DNA from: an uncultured Rhodobacter sp.
Lineage (GTDB): Bacteria > Pseudomonadota > Alphaproteobacteria > Rhodobacterales > Rhodobacteraceae
NCBI GenBank assembly: GCA_945952585.1
Contig: CAMFII010000008.1
Location: 53,234 to 117,233 of the forward strand
Direction of reading: 5' to 3'
DNA: 64,000 nt
In this document: piece after piece, positions 42,921-52,474 of the stretch
Position numbering within the stretch: position 1 is the first letter of the stretch
Layout: every line of letters begins with the position of its first letter
Made by a program: the position numbers and the translations under genes
The notes under the pieces: generated by a model
Databases searched by the model: none
Told to the model about the DNA's origin: nothing
The model's input: only the letters and a program-made list of their open reading frames with translations

Positions 42921-43715
42921 TCAGATCGAGGCGCGTCGGAGCCCCACGCTTGCCGACAGCGCGAAGGCTAGCGCCGCGCAGACCACGATCGACGGACCTG
43001 CGGGCGTGTCCTGCCACAGCGACAGGGCAAGCCCCGCGACCGACGCTGCCGCGCCGATGATTGAGGCGAGAACCGCCATCGCCTCGGGTGAGCGGGCCAC
43101 GCCCCGCGCCGCCGCTGCCGGGATGATGAGCATGGCCGCGATCAGAAGCGCGCCCACGACTTTCAGCGCCACAGCCACCACGACCGCCAGCGCCAGCGTC
43201 AGGATCAGGCGTTCACGCCGCGGGTCGATGCCGGCGGAAAAGGCCAGATCCTCGTTCAGCGTCGCGGTAAGCAGCCGCGACCAGCGCCACACGATGATCG
43301 CCAGAACCAGCCCCGCCCCGCCCCAGATATAGGCAAGATCGGCCTTAGAGACGGCAAGGATATCGCCGAACAGATAGACCGACAGATCGGTTCTGATGCC
43401 ATGGACGAAACTGATCGCGACAAGGCCAAAGGCCAGGGCCGAATGCGCCAGCGTGCCTAACGTCGTATCCATCGCCCAGCCCTTGCCTGCCAGCGCCGAG
43501 ACGGTCACCGCCATCGCCAGCGCCACGACCAGCGTGCCAAGGCCGATCGGCAGATCCATCGCCAGCGCCAGCGCCACGCCAAGGATCGCCGCATGAGAGG
43601 TCGCGTCGCCGAAATAGGCCATCCGCCGCCAGACGACGAAAGAACCGAGCGGCCCGGTCGCGAGCGCCAGCCCGATCCCGGCCAGAGCAGCGCGCATCAG
43701 GAAGTCGTCAAGCAT
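42921..43715 (-). CDS. znuB: Zinc ABC transporter permease
   Basis: WRRMAYFGDATSHAA, YLFGDIL, VGALLIAAMLIIPAAAA. Confidence 0.93.
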   Translation of the reverse strand: MLDDFLMRAALAGIGLALATGPLGSFVVWRRMAYFGDATSHAAILGVALALAMDLPIGLGTLVVALAMAVTVSALAGKGWAMDTTLGTLAHSALAFGLVAISFVHGIRTDLSVYLFGDILAVSKADLAYIWGGAGLVLAIIVWRWSRLLTATLNEDLAFSAGIDPRRERLILTLALAVVVAVALKVVGALLIAAMLIIPAAAARGVARSPEAMAVLASIIGAAASVAGLALSLWQDTPAGPSIVVCAALAFALSASVGLRRASI

Positions 43716-44493
43716 CGCTCTCTGCCTTTGCCGGATGGGGGTGGTGGTGATGGGGCTCGTGCGAATGGTCGTGACCGTGATCATGGGTGTGATCATGGTC
43801 ATGGACGTGCTGGTACAGTGCCAGCGCGCCATGGGTGCCCAGGCCGAACAGCGCCCGGTACTCCGGCGCGTTCGACACGACATGGGGCGTGCCTTCGCAA
43901 CAGATATGGCCGTTGAGACAGATCACCCGGTCGGACGCCGCCATGACGACATGCAGGTCATGGCTGACCATCAGCACCGCCGCCCCGGTTTCCTTGCGGG
44001 CCTCCTCGATCAGGCGGTAGAACCCCGCCTCGCCCGGCTGGTCGAGGCCCTGGGTCGGTTCATCGAGGACAAGGATCTCGGGTTCGGTCAGCAGCGCGCG
44101 GGCAAGAAGCACCCGCTGCAACTGCCCGCCTGAAAGGGCTGTCAGCATCCGGTCTGCGGCCTCGGGCACCCCTACCCGGCGAAGGGCAGCCATCACCGCC
44201 TCGGGGCGGTGGCGTTGTGGCAGCGACAGGAACCGTCGCGCTGTCATCGGCAGCGACCGGTCGATCTGCAACCGCTGCGGCACATAGCCGATCCTCAGCC
44301 CCGGCTTGCGCGCGACTTCTCCCGCCGCAACCGGCACGATGCCAAGCAGAGCGCGCAGCAGGGTCGACTTCCCGGACCCGTTCGGGCCGACGATCGTCAC
44401 GATCTCCCCTGGGTCGACCTTGAGCGAGATGTCGTGCAGCACCTCGGTTTCGCCGAAGCGGACGCAGAAATGCGCGGCAGAAAGCAGGCTCAT
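43708..44493 (-). CDS. znuC: Zinc ABC transporter ATPase with a His-rich tail
   Basis: GPNGSGKST, LSGGQLQRVLLARAL, LDEPT, CLNGHICC. Confidence 0.93.
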   Translation of the reverse strand: MSLLSAAHFCVRFGETEVLHDISLKVDPGEIVTIVGPNGSGKSTLLRALLGIVPVAAGEVARKPGLRIGYVPQRLQIDRSLPMTARRFLSLPQRHRPEAVMAALRRVGVPEAADRMLTALSGGQLQRVLLARALLTEPEILVLDEPTQGLDQPGEAGFYRLIEEARKETGAAVLMVSHDLHVVMAASDRVICLNGHICCEGTPHVVSNAPEYRALFGLGTHGALALYQHVHDHDHTHDHGHDHSHEPHHHHPHPAKAESDA

Positions 44494-44981
44494 TCCTGCA
44501 TCCCCTGGCAAGCCGGACACAGGCCGAGCGCCTCGATGTTGCTGCGCTCGATCACGAAACCGAGCGAAGCCGCTGCAGCATCCAGCGCGGCGCGAACGGA
44601 GTCAGCCGGCGCCTCGGCAACGGTGTCGCAGCCCCGGCAGATCAGGAAGGCGGGGGCATGTACCTCGCCCGGATGCATGCAGGCGGTAAAGGCATTCAGC
44701 CGCCTCACCCGATGGGCCAGCCCGTTCTCGACCAGAAAGTCGAGGGCGCGATACGCGACCGGCGGCTGATGGCCGTACCCTTCTGCCACCAGTCTTTGCA
44801 GCATGTCATAAGCCCCGATAGCGCGATGGGACTCGAGCAGGATTTCCAACACCCGGCGGCGCACCGGCGTCAGCCTGACGCCGCGCTCGGCCGCAAGCGA
44901 CTCGGCCCGCGCCATCACGCCGCCCGCGCAATGCGCATGGTCATGTTCCACGAATGCCTGTCCGTCGAGACTGTCCGCCAT
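44490..44981 (-). CDS. zur: Zinc uptake regulator (Fur family)
   Basis: HDHAHC, LTPVRRRVLE, PPVAYRALDFL, CMH..H, CRGC, C..C. Confidence 0.92.
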   Translation of the reverse strand: MADSLDGQAFVEHDHAHCAGGVMARAESLAAERGVRLTPVRRRVLEILLESHRAIGAYDMLQRLVAEGYGHQPPVAYRALDFLVENGLAHRVRRLNAFTACMHPGEVHAPAFLICRGCDTVAEAPADSVRAALDAAAASLGFVIERSNIEALGLCPACQGMQE

Positions 44982-44995
44982 CACCGCCCCTTGAC

Positions 44996-45012
44996 ATGTT
45001 ACGATATAACAT
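44996..45012. promoter_or_regulatory. Zur box
   Basis: ATGTTA-CGATA-TAACAT palindrome between the divergent zur-znuCB and znuA. Confidence 0.85.
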
Positions 45013-45050
45013 ATGATAAGCCATCCGAACCGAGTCCAGAGGGCATCCCG

Positions 45051-45917
45051 ATGCGTTATATCATATCTATTGCGCTCGCCAGCGCGCTCGCAACTGCTGC
45101 CTCGGCCGAGGTGCCGCGCGTGGTCACCGATTTCGCGCCGGTTCAGTCGCTGGTCCAGCAGGTGATGGGCGATCTGGGTCAACCGGCAATGATCCTGCCC
45201 GCAGGCGGTGATCCCCATGATTTCCAGATGAAGCCGTCGCAGGCCTCGGCCCTTGCCGATGCCCAAGTGATCTTCTGGGTCGGGCCAGAGCTGATGCCGG
45301 CGCTTGGCGACGCGATCGGCACCCTTGGCGGCAAGGCGACGGTGGTGGACCTGCTGAGGGACGGAGGCGGCCATGTCCGCCAGTTCGCCGATGGCGAAGG
45401 CACTGATCCCCATGCCTGGCTTGATCCCGAAAACGCGATTGCCTGGCTTGGCACCATCTCTGCGACGCTGTCCAGCGCCGATCCTGAGCATGCCGCAACC
45501 TACCGCGCCAATGCCGATCAGGCGGTGACGTCGATCCAGATGCTTGATGCCGACCTGACCGCCCTGCTGGCCCCGGTCAAGACCAAGCCCTTCATCGTCT
45601 TTCACGACGCACTTGGTTATTTCGGCGACCATTACGGGCTGAACATCGCCGGCGCCATCGAGCTGGGGGACGCCACAACGCCGGGCGCGGCGCAATTGCA
45701 GAAGATTCGGGGCCTTGTGGCCGATTCAGGGGCTGTCTGCGTGTTCCCCGAAGCCGGGCGCGACCCGAAATTCATCGCGACCATCATCGACGACAAGGCG
45801 CGTGTCGGTGCACCGCAGGATGTCGAGGCCCTGACGCTGACCGCGGGGCCCGAGCTTTACGCGACGCTCCTGCGCAATCTGGGCCAAAGCATTTCCGACT
45901 GTCTTGCCAAAGACTGA
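45051..45917 (+). CDS. znuA: Zinc ABC transporter substrate-binding protein
   Basis: Signal peptide, DPHDFQMKPS, DPHAWL, FHDALGYF. Confidence 0.92.
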   Translation: MRYIISIALASALATAASAEVPRVVTDFAPVQSLVQQVMGDLGQPAMILPAGGDPHDFQMKPSQASALADAQVIFWVGPELMPALGDAIGTLGGKATVVDLLRDGGGHVRQFADGEGTDPHAWLDPENAIAWLGTISATLSSADPEHAATYRANADQAVTSIQMLDADLTALLAPVKTKPFIVFHDALGYFGDHYGLNIAGAIELGDATTPGAAQLQKIRGLVADSGAVCVFPEAGRDPKFIATIIDDKARVGAPQDVEALTLTAGPELYATLLRNLGQSISDCLAKD

Positions 45918-45980
45918 CCCGCTTGACCGTGCTTCATCTTTCCGCGCAGGTTGCCCGCGTGGAAGAGGGAGACATGAGCG

Positions 45981-46970
45981 ATGCCGGGACAGATCACGAC
46001 GTTCGGATATGGGTCGGACGGTCGCCGCGTCGATGCCGTGACCATTGGCGGGGCTGGGCTGACGGCGACCATCCTGACCCGCGGCGCGATCCTGCAGGAT
46101 GTGCGTCTGCAGGGCGTCGACTACTCCCTTACGCTCGGCGGCGACAGTGTCGCCGCCTATGAGGGACCTATGGGCTATTTCGGCGCCCTTGTCGGACCGG
46201 TAGCGAACCGGATCGCGGGAGCAACAGCAGAGGTCGGCGGCAAGACCTGTCACTTCCCTGCGAACGAGCGCGGGAACCTGCTGCATTCCGGCCTGCGCGG
46301 CCTGCATGCCCGCATCTGGACTGTCGACACGATCACAGAGGATGCGGTCACGCTGCGGATCGTGCTGGAGGATGGCGATAACGGCTTTCCCGGCCGGCGA
46401 GAAATCCGCGCCATGTTCCGCGTCGAAGGTGCCACCTTGCATCTGGGTGTGACCGCGACGACGGATGCGCCGACGCTGATGAACCTCGCCAATCACGCCT
46501 ACTGGAACCTCGATGGGACTGAGACTTATGCGGGCCATATGCTCCGGGTCGGGGCCGATCATTACCTGCCCGTCGATGCGGCCCTGATCCCGACGGGCGA
46601 GCAGCGCGCCGTGTCCGGCGCCTTTGATCTGCGCCAGACACGCGCTCTGGACCTGACCGAAGGCTATGACCACAATTTCTGCGTTGCCGACTCGGCGGGT
46701 GAGCCCGCCGAGATTGCGGAACTGACCGGCACATCCGGCATCCGAATGTCAATCACGACAACCGAGCCGGGCCTGCAGATCTATTGTGGCGAACGGCTGG
46801 CAACCGGCCCCTGGCTTGGCCATAATGGGGTGCCCTACGGCGCCTTTGCCGGCTTGGCGATGGAACCGCAGCGCTGGCCGGACGCGCCGCATCATCCGGC
46901 CTTTCCGTCGATCACGCTTTCACCGGGCGAGACCTATCGCCAGGACACAAGGTGGAGCTTCAGCCGCTGA
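45981..46970 (+). CDS. galM: Aldose 1-epimerase (mutarotase)
   Basis: GPVANRI, LLHSG, NLANHAYWNL, YDHNF, EPGLQIY, AMEPQRWPDA. Confidence 0.9.
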   Translation: MPGQITTFGYGSDGRRVDAVTIGGAGLTATILTRGAILQDVRLQGVDYSLTLGGDSVAAYEGPMGYFGALVGPVANRIAGATAEVGGKTCHFPANERGNLLHSGLRGLHARIWTVDTITEDAVTLRIVLEDGDNGFPGRREIRAMFRVEGATLHLGVTATTDAPTLMNLANHAYWNLDGTETYAGHMLRVGADHYLPVDAALIPTGEQRAVSGAFDLRQTRALDLTEGYDHNFCVADSAGEPAEIAELTGTSGIRMSITTTEPGLQIYCGERLATGPWLGHNGVPYGAFAGLAMEPQRWPDAPHHPAFPSITLSPGETYRQDTRWSFSR

Positions 46971-46973
46971 GGC

Positions 46974-47951
46974 TCAGACCGTCGCCCGCGCCCCGCGCGC
47001 CCAGGCCTTGAGGCACAGCATTTCGACCGCAAGGATCGCGGCCGCGTTCGAGGTCATCTCGGCATGGTCGTAGGGTGGCGAGACCTCGACCACGTCCATG
47101 CCGACGAAGTCCATGCCCTTCATCGCCCGCAGGATCGACAGCGCCTGAAAGCTCGTCATACCCCCCGGAACCGGAGTACCGGTGCCCGGCGCCGTCGCAG
47201 GATCGAGGAAGTCGATGTCGAAGGTCAGGTAATTCGGCCCCGATCCGAGCGTCTTGCGGATCACCTCCGCCACGCCCTCGGCCCCCATCGCATGGACCTG
47301 ATCGGCATAGAGCACGGTCATGCCGTGGGTCCGCTCACCGGTGAAGCAAGTCCGGATGCCGACCTGCACGGTGCGCTTGGGGTCGATGATCCCGTCCCGG
47401 ACCGCGTAATACATCATGCTGCCGTGGTCGAGACGGCCGCCCGCATCCTCTTCCACGTCGCGATGCGCGTCGAACTGGACCATGCCGAGCGGCCCGTGCT
47501 TTGCCGCGTGGGCCTTGAGGACGGGGTAGGTCGAGAAGTGGTCGCCGCCCAGCATCAGCGTATCGGCGCCCGCCGCGATGATCCCGGCGAAATGCTCTTC
47601 GATCGCCGCCGGGATCGCCATCGGCTCGCCCCAGTCGAAGGCGACGTCGCCGAAATCGGTCACCGCCAGCGTGTCGAAGGGATCGAAGCGCCAGGGCCAG
47701 ATCGGACCCCACGCATGTTGCGCGCTCGCCCGGCGGATCGCCTCGGGTCCAAAGCGAGTGCCGGGGCGGTTGCTGACGGTCAGGTCGAGCGGGATGCCCG
47801 TCACCGCCACGTCCACCCCGGTCAGGTCGCGCGTGTACTTGCGCCGGAAGAAACTCAGCGCGCCCGCATAGCTCGCCTCGATCAGCGACCCTTTCAGCGC
47901 CTCGCGCCGGAAGGCGGCATCCGCCAGCGCCTCGCCCACTTCCTTTGGCAT
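46974..47951 (-). CDS. speB: Agmatinase-like ureohydrolase
   Basis: RPGTRFGP, GGDH, DAHRD, DIDFLDP..APGTG, DVVEVSP. Substrate is not established. Confidence 0.8.
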   Translation of the reverse strand: MPKEVGEALADAAFRREALKGSLIEASYAGALSFFRRKYTRDLTGVDVAVTGIPLDLTVSNRPGTRFGPEAIRRASAQHAWGPIWPWRFDPFDTLAVTDFGDVAFDWGEPMAIPAAIEEHFAGIIAAGADTLMLGGDHFSTYPVLKAHAAKHGPLGMVQFDAHRDVEEDAGGRLDHGSMMYYAVRDGIIDPKRTVQVGIRTCFTGERTHGMTVLYADQVHAMGAEGVAEVIRKTLGSGPNYLTFDIDFLDPATAPGTGTPVPGGMTSFQALSILRAMKGMDFVGMDVVEVSPPYDHAEMTSNAAAILAVEMLCLKAWARGARATV

Positions 47952-47960
47952 GGTGACCCC

Positions 47961-49199
47961 TTAGCCTTGAATGCCCTGAGCGGCTTCCGCCGCCTGGAAC
48001 CAGCGGCGGATGGTCTCGCGCTCGGCCGGTTCGATGAAACTCACGTTGGCGGGCGGCATCGCATGGGTCAGCCCCGCCTGGACATAGATGCGCCGCGCCT
48101 CGTGCGCGATCTGGGCCGGCGTCTCGAGCACGACGTCCTTCGGCGGCCAGTGGATGCCGTCCCAGCCCGGCTCGGCCGCATGGCACATCGAGCATCGGCC
48201 CTGCACGATGCTGGTCACATCGTCAAAACCGGGCGCGGAGGCATAGCGCAGCGCCTCGCCCTGCAGCGCAGCCTCCTCGGGGGCATGCCGCATCGGTGCG
48301 GTCGAAAGCCAGGCGCAAATCACCAGCAGGATCGCGGTGACGGCCCAGGTCCACCATGGCGTGCCCTTGCCTGCGTGCATGGTGTTGAAGAAATGCCGGA
48401 TCGTGACGCCCATCAGGAAGACGAGGCTCGCGATCAGCCAGTTCCACTCGGTCGCGAAGGCGAGCGGGTAATGGTTCGACAGCATCATGAAGATCACGGG
48501 CAGCGTCAGGTAGTTGTTGTGGGTGCTGCGCTGCTTGGCGATCTTGCCGTATTTCGGATCGGGAACGCGCCCCGCCTTGAGATCGGCCACCACGATGCGC
48601 TGGTTCGGCATGATGATGAAGAACACGTTGGCCGACATGATCGTGGCGGTGAAGGCGCCCAGATGAAGCAGCGCCGCGCGGCCGGAAAAGACATGGGTGT
48701 AGAAGTAGGCCATGCCCACGAGGATCAGGTAGAGCAGCACCATCAGCCCGGTCGAATTCTCGCCCAGACGGCTCTTGCAGAGCTGGTCGTAGACGATCCA
48801 GCCAACGGCCAATGACGCCGCAGAGATCAGCACGGCCTGCCAGACCTGCAGCTCCATCACCTGCGGATCGACCAGGTAAAGGTCGGCACCAAGGTAATAG
48901 ACCAGCACCAGCATGGCAAAGCCGGTCAGCCAGGTGGAATAGCTTTCCCACTTGAACCAGGTCAGGTGCTCGGGCAGCCGTTCCGGGGCCACGAGGTATT
49001 TCTGGATGTGGTAGAAGCCGCCGCCGTGAACCTGCCATTCCTCGCCATAGGCGCCGGGCGGCAGTTCGGGCACTTTCCGCAGGCTCAGGTCCAGCGCAAT
49101 GAAGTAGAAGGACGATCCGATCCAGGCGATGCCGACGATGACATGCGTCCAGCGCACCGCGAACTCGATCCATTCGCTGATCACGACCCAGTCATACAT
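47961..49199 (-). CDS. puuD: Urate hydroxylase PuuD (membrane domain + C-terminal cytochrome c)
   Basis: RWTHVIVGIAWIGSSFYF, WQVHGGGFY, RSTHNNYLTLP, heme motif CSMCH. Confidence 0.92.
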   Translation of the reverse strand: MYDWVVISEWIEFAVRWTHVIVGIAWIGSSFYFIALDLSLRKVPELPPGAYGEEWQVHGGGFYHIQKYLVAPERLPEHLTWFKWESYSTWLTGFAMLVLVYYLGADLYLVDPQVMELQVWQAVLISAASLAVGWIVYDQLCKSRLGENSTGLMVLLYLILVGMAYFYTHVFSGRAALLHLGAFTATIMSANVFFIIMPNQRIVVADLKAGRVPDPKYGKIAKQRSTHNNYLTLPVIFMMLSNHYPLAFATEWNWLIASLVFLMGVTIRHFFNTMHAGKGTPWWTWAVTAILLVICAWLSTAPMRHAPEEAALQGEALRYASAPGFDDVTSIVQGRCSMCHAAEPGWDGIHWPPKDVVLETPAQIAHEARRIYVQAGLTHAMPPANVSFIEPAERETIRRWFQAAEAAQGIQG

Positions 49200-49311
49200 G
49201 CGTTTGCCCCTTCTGCCGGATGCAAAACGCTATACCGGGCAGGACTGTCAGGTTAATCCATCAAATGCGGGATCACTTTCAAACCCGCGGAGAGAATGGA
49301 ACGAGGGCGCA

Positions 49312-50244
49312 ATGTCCTACGTCAACAACATCCGGATGTTCGTGCGTGTCTACGAATTGGGCAGCATGAGTGCGGCGGCGCGCGACCAGCGGACCTCGGC
49401 CGCCGTCGCCTCGGCGCGAATCTCCGAGCTGGAAAAGCACCTCGGCGTCCGTCTGTTCAACCGCACGACCCGCTCGCTGCAGCCAACCGAGAATGGGCGG
49501 ATCTTCTACGAGGGCGCGCGCAAGGTCCTCGAGGCGATCGAAGAGGCCGAAGCGGCGGTTATCGACGTGACGCAGAACCCGCGTGGGTCGATCTTCGTCG
49601 CAGCCCCGCTCGGCATCGGCCGACGGTTCATTGCGCCGCATGTGCCGGTCTTCAAGGATGCCTACCCGCTGATCGACGTGCGCCTGCGCCTGTCGGACCG
49701 CAACGTCGACCTGACGGCGGAGGGGCTGGACGTGGCGTTCCATCTTGGGATGCTTGAGGATTCCACCCTGAAGATCCGTCTGATCGCGGACTGCCCCCGT
49801 GTCCTTTGTGCCGCGCCCGCCTATGTCGAACGGCGCGGAATGCCCGCGGATGGCGCGGCGCTGGTGGCGGACAGACATGACTGCCTGAACCTGCGGTTCC
49901 CCGGTGCGAAGGAATTCCAGTGGACGCTGCAGACGCCCGACGGCCCCCGCCGCTATGAAATCGGCGGCCCGTTCGAGTCGGACGATGGCGACGTCCTGAC
50001 AGGTTGGGCGCTGGACGGTCGCGGGATCGTGCTGAAGCCGATTTTCGAGATCGCCGATCACCTGCGGGCCGGGCGCCTGATTCCGGTGGCGGCCGGAACA
50101 CCGCCTCTGCCAACCCAGCTTTCGGTCCTGACCCAGCACCGCCGCCTGCGCGACCCGAAGATCCGGCTGTTCAATGATTTCATGGTTGCCCGGATCAAGG
50201 CCGATATGGCGGCTCAGGTCGAGGGGCTGAAGGTCGGTCTTTAA
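49312..50244 (+). CDS. LysR family regulator, likely of purine catabolism
   Basis: N-terminal HTH (GSMSAAARD...ELEKHLGVRLFNRTTR), divergent from puuD. Confidence 0.9.
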   Translation: MSYVNNIRMFVRVYELGSMSAAARDQRTSAAVASARISELEKHLGVRLFNRTTRSLQPTENGRIFYEGARKVLEAIEEAEAAVIDVTQNPRGSIFVAAPLGIGRRFIAPHVPVFKDAYPLIDVRLRLSDRNVDLTAEGLDVAFHLGMLEDSTLKIRLIADCPRVLCAAPAYVERRGMPADGAALVADRHDCLNLRFPGAKEFQWTLQTPDGPRRYEIGGPFESDDGDVLTGWALDGRGIVLKPIFEIADHLRAGRLIPVAAGTPPLPTQLSVLTQHRRLRDPKIRLFNDFMVARIKADMAAQVEGLKVGL

Positions 50245-50843
50245 GCCGAACGGTCCAGATCGAGCCACAGTCTGCCGTCGCGGTAGCCTCCGCGGATCAG
50301 CTGCCCGGGGTTGCGAACCTCTGGATGTTGTTCCGCCCAGTCACGATAGCGATCGTTCGACACCACCCGTGCGCCCAGGTCCCGTGCGGCCGCCAAAACG
50401 ATCGTGTCGGCCTGGGTTCCCTTCTGCACCACCATCACCCGATCCTCCGGCAGGCCAAGCAACCGCGAGAACGGGCCGTGATGCATGTAGCGTCCAGTTA
50501 GCAGATAGCCGGCGTTTGCATCGAACACCACGCCGGGCGTGAAGCCCAGGCCCGTCAGATGCGCGAGGATCTCCTTCACCGGAGCAAGCTGAGGGCTGTT
50601 GTCGCGCCAGTACATGACGTTCGATCCGTCGACGACGATCCAGTTAGGCGCCGCGGTAGGCTCGGAAGTTCGCCTCGACTTTGGGGCGCGGGACGATTTC
50701 CGTGACCGGACCCGCAGCAGCAGTATCGCAGCGGCAAGGGCACAGGGACCGGCAATCAGGATGAGGTCGGAATATGCCGGCAGCACAAGCGCAGATGCGA
50801 CGCCGACAATCGAAACCAGAAACAGGATGAACGGCACAACCAT
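50241..50843 (-). CDS. Membrane-anchored NYN/PIN-fold ribonuclease (Zc3h12a-like)
   Basis: Two N-terminal TM helices, then IVVDGSNV, VFDAN, ADTIVL, VVSNDRYRD acidic catalytic pattern. Confidence 0.75.
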   Translation of the reverse strand: MVVPFILFLVSIVGVASALVLPAYSDLILIAGPCALAAAILLLRVRSRKSSRAPKSRRTSEPTAAPNWIVVDGSNVMYWRDNSPQLAPVKEILAHLTGLGFTPGVVFDANAGYLLTGRYMHHGPFSRLLGLPEDRVMVVQKGTQADTIVLAAARDLGARVVSNDRYRDWAEQHPEVRNPGQLIRGGYRDGRLWLDLDRSA

Positions 50844-50993
50844 CCGATGAGTGTATCGGGCTTGGCCTCGACTTGCAAAGCCTGAGGCCGGCACCGGCCG
50901 GCACTCGCATCGTAATGTGAGTCAGGAATACGACATTCCGTGGTATGCTTTGTTATGGGCCCGCAAGACCCGACTCAGCGTGGGAGGAAATCC

Positions 50994-51635
50994 ATGACGC
51001 CCTGGGAGATCGACGCACTCGAACTTGCGAACTGCAACTGTGCCTTTGGTTGCCCCTGTCAATTCCTGTCGCCACCGACCCACGGCCACTGCGAAGCAGC
51101 GGTCGGCTTTCACATCAACAAGGGCCATCATGGCAAGGTTTCGCTGGATGGCCTGAACGTCGCATTCACCGCCTCGTGGCCCGGTGCCATTCACCAGGGC
51201 AACGGCACGATCCAGTTGATCGTGGACGACCGCGCCTCGCCCGAGCAGCGAAAGGCGCTGGAGAGCATCTTTTCGGGCGGCGATACCGAGGACATGGCGA
51301 CCGTCTTCTGGATCTTCGACAAGATGTCTCCGAACCGGCTGGAAACCCTGACCAAGCCGATCGACATCTCGATCGATATGGCGGCGCGCCGGGGTCACAT
51401 CCGTGTTCCGGGTGTCTTCGAAACGACGGCAAAACCGATCCGCAACCCGGTGACGGGCGCCGAGGTTCGGGCCCGGATCAACCTTCCCGCCGGATTCGAA
51501 TTCCGCCAGGCCGAGGTTGCGACCGGAACGACATCCACGTCTGGAGCGATTTCACTGCCCAACAACAAGGGCACCCACGTGCACTTCTGCCGGGTCTACA
51601 TGAACGGCAAGGGCGTGATCGACCACGCGGCCTGA
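50994..51635 (+). CDS. DUF1326-type Cys-motif protein
   Basis: CNCAFGCPC...HCEA, SWPGAIHQGNG, IVDDRASPEQRKAL; GGAGG RBS. Confidence 0.8.
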   Translation: MTPWEIDALELANCNCAFGCPCQFLSPPTHGHCEAAVGFHINKGHHGKVSLDGLNVAFTASWPGAIHQGNGTIQLIVDDRASPEQRKALESIFSGGDTEDMATVFWIFDKMSPNRLETLTKPIDISIDMAARRGHIRVPGVFETTAKPIRNPVTGAEVRARINLPAGFEFRQAEVATGTTSTSGAISLPNNKGTHVHFCRVYMNGKGVIDHAA

Positions 51636-51639
51636 CGCG

Positions 51640-52458
51640 ATGGGCAGACCGCACCTCATCGGTCGCCTGCTGGAGCGGGACCGGTGGATCGTCATTGCGG
51701 CGATGGCTGCCGCTGTCGCCGCTTGTGTGGTGTTCACTGTAACCGGTGGCGGCACGGGGATGTCGAGCCTCGACATGACCCGCATGACCGGACCAGCCGG
51801 TGCGCTGATCGCGCGGACACCCGACATGATGATGCCGACGGTCTGGACCCCCAGTTATGCCGTCGTGATCTTCCTGATGTGGTGGCTGATGATGGTCGCC
51901 ATGATGGTGCCAAGCGTGGCGCCGGTGGTTCTGCTGTACGGCGCCCTGAAACCTGAACGCGGGGCGTCCGCCCAGCTTGAATTCCTTGCCGGATACCTTG
52001 GGATCTGGGCGGTGTTCAGCCTTGGCGCAACAGCCCTTCAGGCCACGCTCAGCGCAAGCGGCCTGATCTCGTCGATGTTCATGTCGGTGACCGGTGGCTT
52101 TCTCGGGGCATTGCTCCTGATCGGCGCGGGGCTGTACCAGTTTACCCCCCTCAAGTCCGCCTGCCTCGCCGCCTGCCGCGGCCCGGTCGAGTCCTTGACC
52201 CACCATCGCCGGACCGGCCGCGCCGCCGCGTTCCGGATGGGCCTCTCGCACGGGGCCTATTGCCTCGGATGCTGCTGGGCGCTGATGGTCCTGCTGTTCG
52301 TCGGCGGGGTGATGAACCTGTGGTGGGTTCTGGCGATCGCTGTCTATGTCGCGATCGAAAAGCTTGCACCGGGCGGAGACCGGCTGGCGCGCCCCATGGG
52401 CGCCGCGCTTGTCCTCGCCGGGGTGGCCCTCGCCGTCCGAACGACAGGGCTTATCTGA
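51640..52458 (+). CDS. DUF2182-type predicted metal-binding membrane protein
   Basis: MWWLMMVAMMVPS, YQFTPLKSACL..C, YCLGCCWALM, GVMNLWW, EKL. Confidence 0.82.
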   Translation: MGRPHLIGRLLERDRWIVIAAMAAAVAACVVFTVTGGGTGMSSLDMTRMTGPAGALIARTPDMMMPTVWTPSYAVVIFLMWWLMMVAMMVPSVAPVVLLYGALKPERGASAQLEFLAGYLGIWAVFSLGATALQATLSASGLISSMFMSVTGGFLGALLLIGAGLYQFTPLKSACLAACRGPVESLTHHRRTGRAAAFRMGLSHGAYCLGCCWALMVLLFVGGVMNLWWVLAIAVYVAIEKLAPGGDRLARPMGAALVLAGVALAVRTTGLI

Positions 52459-52474
52459 GCCTGCGCGCGCCGGA

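Noticed and set aside
45961-45990. Better-spaced ATG at 45974 suggesting a frameshifted galM
   Set aside because: The frame from 45981 already gives a complete, normal mutarotase N-terminus with an acceptable RBS.
49200-49311. Xanthine (NMT1) or other purine riboswitch before puuD
   Set aside because: No match to the recalled conserved core; regulation is adequately explained by the divergent LysR. An Rfam scan would settle it.
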